Positions 59,899 through 64,000 of a stretch of DNA of 64,000 bases are shown here, one piece after another (positions within the stretch are counted from its first letter, which is position 1; each line of letters opens with the position of its first letter). Made by a program: the position numbers and the translations under genes. This DNA is from Acidobacteriota bacterium. GTDB taxonomy: Bacteria > Acidobacteriota > UBA6911 > JACQSX01. Below the pieces are notes generated by a model. The model saw only the letters and a program-made list of their open reading frames with translations, had not been told where the DNA came from and ran no database searches. Where the stretch lies: assembly GCA_036507075.1 (NCBI GenBank), contig DASXQR010000187.1, forward strand, positions 12,519 to 76,518, given 5' to 3'.

Positions 59899-60391
59899 AC
59901 CGCCAAGAGCGCCAAGAACGCCAAGATTTTCACGTATGAATTTGCACCACACAGGCTTAGCGCGGCGAAGCCGCAACCAAAAGTCAAGGAGAGACGGCCT
60001 GAGGGCCGTCTCTCTGCGGTGTCCAGCCAAGCTGCGACGGCCCTCAGGCCGTCTCTCCGCTCCCGAATAGTTTGCGCAGGCCGCGAAAATTCTCATGGTT
60101 AGTAGTACAAAGCGAGACGAGGGGCAGGCAGAGTCCGGTCAGGTCTCAAAGTCAAAATATGGCAGCGTGTTATGGGAACTGACCGGACTCTGCCTGCCCC
60201 TCGTCTGACTTCGTGCTCTTTGTGTAACCTGTCGGCGATTTCTTGTTTTTTTACCAAGATTCTTGAACTAATCACCAATGACTGATGACCAATGACGCGT
60301 TTGGTTGCGGCCTGCGGCCAGGCTGTGCCTTTGTGGTGCAAAAACTCTTGCTCGAATTCTGGAAATAAGTACTAGCGTTCTTAGCGGTTCA
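59896..60391. mobile_element. Deeply nested composite of non-autonomous palindromic elements
   Basis: ACCGCCAAG outer arms; CTAG-element end; CACCAC host with 28-bp perfect stem (60115-60142/60179-60206); two GCCGCAACCAA passengers; REP-like doublet 59988-60058; TGACCAA heptamers. Confidence 0.8.
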
Positions 60392-60403
60392 GACTTTTTA
60401 AGC

Positions 60404-61132
60404 ATGCAATACGTCTTCGGTATTCATCCGGTCCTGGAGTTGCTGCGGAGCGATCCGAAAAAAATCGAGCGGTTGTGGGTTGCCCAGGATCCGGATAACT
60501 CACGATTGAAAGGCTTGGCGAGCGAAGCTCGTCGCCTCGGAGTAACGGTCCATTTCGAGCCCAAAGCGGGAATTCAACGGCGGGCGGGTTCCGAACACCA
60601 CCAGGGTGTGGTTGCCGCTGTCGCCGAGCTGAAATTGCTGGATGAAGACCAGGTTTTGGAAAGATGCGGGCCCGCAGCGCTGGTTCTGATTCTCGATGGC
60701 ATCTCCGATCCTCACAATCTGGGCGCCATCCTGCGAACGGCCGAAGGGGCCGGCGTCGAGGGCATCTTTCTTCCAGAGCGCCGCACCTCGCCTGTTTCAC
60801 CCGCTGCGATCAAGGCAAGCGCCGGCGCCGCACATCATCTTTCCATCGCCCGCATCGGAAATGTCTCCTACTTTCTGGAGAAACTAAGGCAAAACAATTT
60901 CCAGGTGATCGGCCTGGATGCCGCCGCCCCGCAGTTGTGGACTGATGTGGACTTGCGCCGCCGTGTGGCGCTTGTCTTTGGCAGCGAAGGAGAAGGTCTG
61001 CGCCGGCTGGTCAAGGAGCATTGCGACCAACTGGTCCGCATTCCCATGGCGGGACGTGTTCAATCGCTGAATGTTTCGGCGACGGCCGCTGTGGTGTTAT
61101 TCGAGGCGGTCCGGCAAAGAAGTGGCACCTGA
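60404..61132 (+). CDS. rlmB: 23S rRNA (guanosine2251-2'-O)-methyltransferase
   Basis: GIHPV, HQGVVA, LDGISDPHNLGAILRT, GSEGEG, IPMAG.VQSLNVS. Confidence 0.95.
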   Translation: MQYVFGIHPVLELLRSDPKKIERLWVAQDPDNSRLKGLASEARRLGVTVHFEPKAGIQRRAGSEHHQGVVAAVAELKLLDEDQVLERCGPAALVLILDGISDPHNLGAILRTAEGAGVEGIFLPERRTSPVSPAAIKASAGAAHHLSIARIGNVSYFLEKLRQNNFQVIGLDAAAPQLWTDVDLRRRVALVFGSEGEGLRRLVKEHCDQLVRIPMAGRVQSLNVSATAAVVLFEAVRQRSGT

Positions 61133-61136
61133 CCGG

Positions 61137-61262
61137 ATGCGGATTTCGGAATGCAGATTTCGGAATGCGGAATGCGGAATGCGGAATAAGAGAGTAATTT
61201 GATTTCAGCCCTGAAGACTTAACCTGGACTTATTCCGCATTCCGCATTCCGAAATCCGCATT
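61137..61262. repeat. Inverted CGGAATG heptamer element
   Basis: atgcagatttcggaatgcggaatgcggaatgcggaataag / cttattccgcattccgcattccgaaatccgcat. Confidence 0.9.
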
Positions 61263-61323
61263 TGAACGTACATCTTCCAAAGAAGCAGGGGCTGCAGAGG
61301 CGCTACACAAAGCACAGTGAGTT

Positions 61324-62931
61324 TCACTTAGGAAGACGGTAGTCGAACGCTACATCTACCGGGATCGAAGTCAGTGAAATCAGTTTTCGCTGGATGCCTG
61401 AAGGCACGCCGGTTCTCTCGTCAAGAAATTTCCGCGCCGCAAGAAAATCCGCCCGGAATTCAATTTCGCGCACCCGCTCGAGCAGCGGCCGCAGGAAGGA
61501 ATCGAGTTTCTCGATCTTAAGCTGAAACACGCCTCTCTCCAGACGAAGCGCGCCGCTTGCAGTCAACCCGTTTAAAGCCAGCGCGCTCGCCTGAGCATAT
61601 TCGCTGCCCGGCCCCAGTCTGAGCGCCCGCAATACTCCCGCGATGTAACTGGTCTGCAACTGCCGCAGTTCCGGCATGGAAATCAATCTGTCCTGCGACG
61701 CGCGCGAGGCCACGTAAAGAGCCAGCAGGTCCGCTTTGAGCTCATCCAGCACGGTGATAGTGCCACCCAGTGCCTGGCGGTTTCCGCCTCCCTGGAATGG
61801 ATGGCAGCTTTCATGCAGTAAAGCCTGCTGGAAGAGCGATGACTCGGTCACATCTCGCGAGAATTGCGGCGCGAGCAAACTCTCCGCCAGCGGCCGGAGT
61901 ATTCTCTGAAATTTCGCTCGCAGCACATTTGAAAAGATCAGCTTTCGAGTTCCAAGTTCCTTTCTCACCTCTTCGTCGTTGGGAAGAGTTGTGGCTACCG
62001 TCTTCACCCCGGCATCAAGCTCACCGGCAAACAACGCCACCTGCCACACCTCTGTGCTCTGCCTGTTTGCGTCGAGGCGTCGAAACCCGGCTTCGGGCGC
62101 ATAACGATCGGCCCAACCGGCAAATCTGTTTAAATCCTGTGTCGATTTCACATCGCGCACCAGGACGGCCGCTTCATAAGCAGCTTTTATTCCCAGGAGC
62201 TGATCCTCGGAAACCTCAATCGGGCCGATGATGATGTCCAGCGGTTCATCACGCAACAGCACCCACTGGCGGTCGCTCTCGCGATACCGTCCCCGAACGA
62301 GCGCTCGGGATCGCGACTCCAGATAGGCGGAGAAAGGAGTGCCGCGGGTCAATTCAGCCGCTTGCTTGAGCGAAGCGGCAGATTCCTCCAGCTCGGCGCG
62401 AAATGCCGACTCGTAGGAAAGCGCTTCGAAACCGCGCGAGGTCCGCTTCACCATCGTGGTGGGACTTTCCAGTACCGATTTTAACTGCGGATGTTTGACT
62501 ACATACTCTTCAAATTCCAGGCTGGTCAGGTCTGCCGGATAAAAAGCCACTCCGGGCGGTCGCGGCGGACCCTCAAGAAAATTTCGGAAATCGTACAGCC
62601 GATCATAAGGACCGTAGTTCACCAGGAAATAACCAAGCCTCTTCTTGTCGTCCGGCTTGGAGGAACTCTTAAGCCGCTGCTGCACTCCATCCTTGTCGGG
62701 GAATACCTGCTTCCAGAAAATGGAGTTTATCGGGGCCGCTGCTTCCGAGAGTCGTTTGAGGACAGCGCGATCTACCTCCGTCAGTTCGCCCGTGTCGTAG
62801 TCGAGAGCCACGCGTGCATACCTTCGCACCAGCGTATCCGCCGTATCCTTGTCGGCGGTGCACGAAATACCCGACAGTCCGGCGATAATCAGAACTCCGG
62901 CGGCGAGTTTTGTGAAAGCCTGATTGCTCAT
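61324..62931 (-). CDS. Putative lipoprotein zinc peptidase (M49/dipeptidyl peptidase III-like)
   Basis: Lipobox-like GISC; NYGPYDRL, FYPAD, IGPIE, LPNDEEV, HESCH, DELKAD. Confidence 0.75.
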   Translation of the reverse strand: MSNQAFTKLAAGVLIIAGLSGISCTADKDTADTLVRRYARVALDYDTGELTEVDRAVLKRLSEAAAPINSIFWKQVFPDKDGVQQRLKSSSKPDDKKRLGYFLVNYGPYDRLYDFRNFLEGPPRPPGVAFYPADLTSLEFEEYVVKHPQLKSVLESPTTMVKRTSRGFEALSYESAFRAELEESAASLKQAAELTRGTPFSAYLESRSRALVRGRYRESDRQWVLLRDEPLDIIIGPIEVSEDQLLGIKAAYEAAVLVRDVKSTQDLNRFAGWADRYAPEAGFRRLDANRQSTEVWQVALFAGELDAGVKTVATTLPNDEEVRKELGTRKLIFSNVLRAKFQRILRPLAESLLAPQFSRDVTESSLFQQALLHESCHPFQGGGNRQALGGTITVLDELKADLLALYVASRASQDRLISMPELRQLQTSYIAGVLRALRLGPGSEYAQASALALNGLTASGALRLERGVFQLKIEKLDSFLRPLLERVREIEFRADFLAARKFLDERTGVPSGIQRKLISLTSIPVDVAFDYRLPK

Positions 62932-63641
62932 CGATCTTCGCTCAACGCCGGAAGGAATTGAAAGACATATCGCGCCAGGATGGAAGAATATCGCTTGAAA
63001 TCAATGCGCTCTTTGTCAACGCAGTCGTCGGAAACAATCCGGATCGCCAGCGATCTGCTTCGAAAGCGCTGCATCACAACGTAAGTTTCCATATCACAAA
63101 TTAATGCGCCGGGGAATTTCCGGTGTACCCGCACGCGCTCGGCGGCGCTTAGCGCAGGCCTGTCAACTGTCACCGCCGCGCCGCCGATCGATACAGCCGG
63201 ATCCTCACCCAGAGCCCGTTTTGCCGACCGCAAAAGGCGCGGGCAGCAACTCAGGGTCTCCGCCTGGCTTTCCGATCTCCACTCCTGGGGGATGATCACG
63301 CTGCCCGTTCTGATGGATCCCTGCAGAGATCCCGCCAGCCCGAACACCAAAACCGCGTCGGGCCTGCCACCTGGATCGTGATCCTGCCGCTGCAAACCAT
63401 CGCTATCGTGCCTTGAGCCGCTGCCGGGCCGGTCCGAAAAACCGGAAGTCGGGCGATTCCATTGCCTGAGCGCTTCTGCCGTCGCTCTCGGGGATATTCC
63501 GGTGCGCAGCAGCTCGAAACGATTGTTGCCGCGCTCCCAGATCCAGCTCTTTCCGAGGCGCTGCGCGACGGCGACTGATGAAAGCAGTTTCCGCAGCGGT
63601 TTGGCTTCCGTCGGAGTGGCGCAGGTTAAAAGGATATGCAT
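62928..63641 (-). CDS. Divergent nucleoside phosphorylase/MTA-SAH nucleosidase-fold protein
   Basis: TGIS, FGLAGSL, CDMET, RIVSD motifs. Confidence 0.65.
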   Translation of the reverse strand: MHILLTCATPTEAKPLRKLLSSVAVAQRLGKSWIWERGNNRFELLRTGISPRATAEALRQWNRPTSGFSDRPGSGSRHDSDGLQRQDHDPGGRPDAVLVFGLAGSLQGSIRTGSVIIPQEWRSESQAETLSCCPRLLRSAKRALGEDPAVSIGGAAVTVDRPALSAAERVRVHRKFPGALICDMETYVVMQRFRSRSLAIRIVSDDCVDKERIDFKRYSSILARYVFQFLPALSEDR

Positions 63642-63645
63642 TCAG

Positions 63646-63713
63646 GTGACAAGTTAACAGGAGCAAGAGTTACCAGTACAAGTGACAAGTTGACAGGAGC
63701 AAGAATCACCAGT
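63646..63713. repeat. 32-bp direct repeat, two copies
   Basis: gtgacaagttaacaggagcaagagttaccagt (63646-63677) and 63682-63713, 3 mismatches. Confidence 0.75.
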
Positions 63714-63723
63714 TGGCGTGAAT

Positions 63724-63863
63724 CGTCATTGGTCATCGGTCATTGGTCATCGGTCATTGGTCATTGGTCATGCAGTATGAAAGTTCCGAGGCTTGACAAG
63801 TCAGATGAGCAACGACCTAATGACCGATGACCAATGACCGATGACCAATGACCAATGACCGAT
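63724..63863. repeat. Inverted TTGGTCA/TGACCAA heptamer arrays
   Basis: (gtcattg/gtcatcg)n left and (tgaccaa/tgaccga)n right. Confidence 0.9.
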
Positions 63864-63864
63864 A

Positions 63865-64000
63865 GGGGTATTTACTTGACTCCACCACGTACTACAGGTT
63901 GTGGTTTGATCAGAGTTGAAAATGGAGCTGGCTCGACCTGCACGGCCTGCTGGACGAGACGGTAGAAAAGTTTCCCGCGCGACGCGGATTTGCGCCGGTT
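63865..64000 (-). mobile_element. Right end of IS1595-family insertion sequence (partial)
   Basis: Candidate terminal IR ggggtatttacttgactcc at 63865 overlapping the transposase stop. Confidence 0.7.
63872..64000 (-). CDS. IS1595-family transposase, C-terminal fragment
   Basis: Manual translation NRRKSASRGKLFYRLVQQAVQVEPAPFSTLIKPQPVVRGGVK*, resembling the FNRR..SRGKLFYRL tail of ISXO2-like transposases. Confidence 0.75.
   Translation of the reverse strand, partial: NRRKSASRGKLFYRLVQQAVQVEPAPFSTLIKPQPVVRGGVK

Noticed and set aside
63646..63713. Mini-CRISPR or iteron array
   Set aside because: Only two imperfect copies 4 bp apart, with no spacer or rep gene.

Overview
Bacterial chromosomal segment, GC-rich in coding regions. 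Gene content and order suggest Acidobacteriota, but that is inference. It carries about 50 mostly housekeeping genes: dciA-like, maf, HNH, ileS-lspA-lolA, fabH, thiD, nth, a glycogen cluster (GH57-galT-glgA-kinase-receiver-glgC), queE, an RpoH-box sigma factor, trmL, an ABC-2 exporter, comF, rlmH, dksA-like, rplU-rpmA-obgE-nadD-rsfS, ntrY/ntrX-like-trmFO-xerC, argR, argG-argH-argF with tandem ARG boxes, gltX and rlmB, plus the end of an IS1595-family element at the right edge. No rRNA, tRNA or CRISPR array was recognised. Two things stand out. (1) A DedA-rhodanese gene whose apparent UGA stop sits in the catalytic loop (YCT-UGA-PSEATSAR), with a SECIS-like hairpin and the rest of the domain in frame behind it, so it is probably a mis-truncated selenoprotein. 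(2) Most larger intergenic gaps (about 30) hold non-coding palindromic elements built from inverted short tandem repeats (periods 6-10 nt). These nest inside one another, show compensatory changes in both arms, are invaded at a CACA junction by an asymmetric GCCGCAACCAA passenger element, and in one case lie in frame inside a gene (lolA). No mobilising enzyme for them is visible in the window. All calls come from reading the sequence; no database searches were run, and repeat boundaries are approximate to a few bases.
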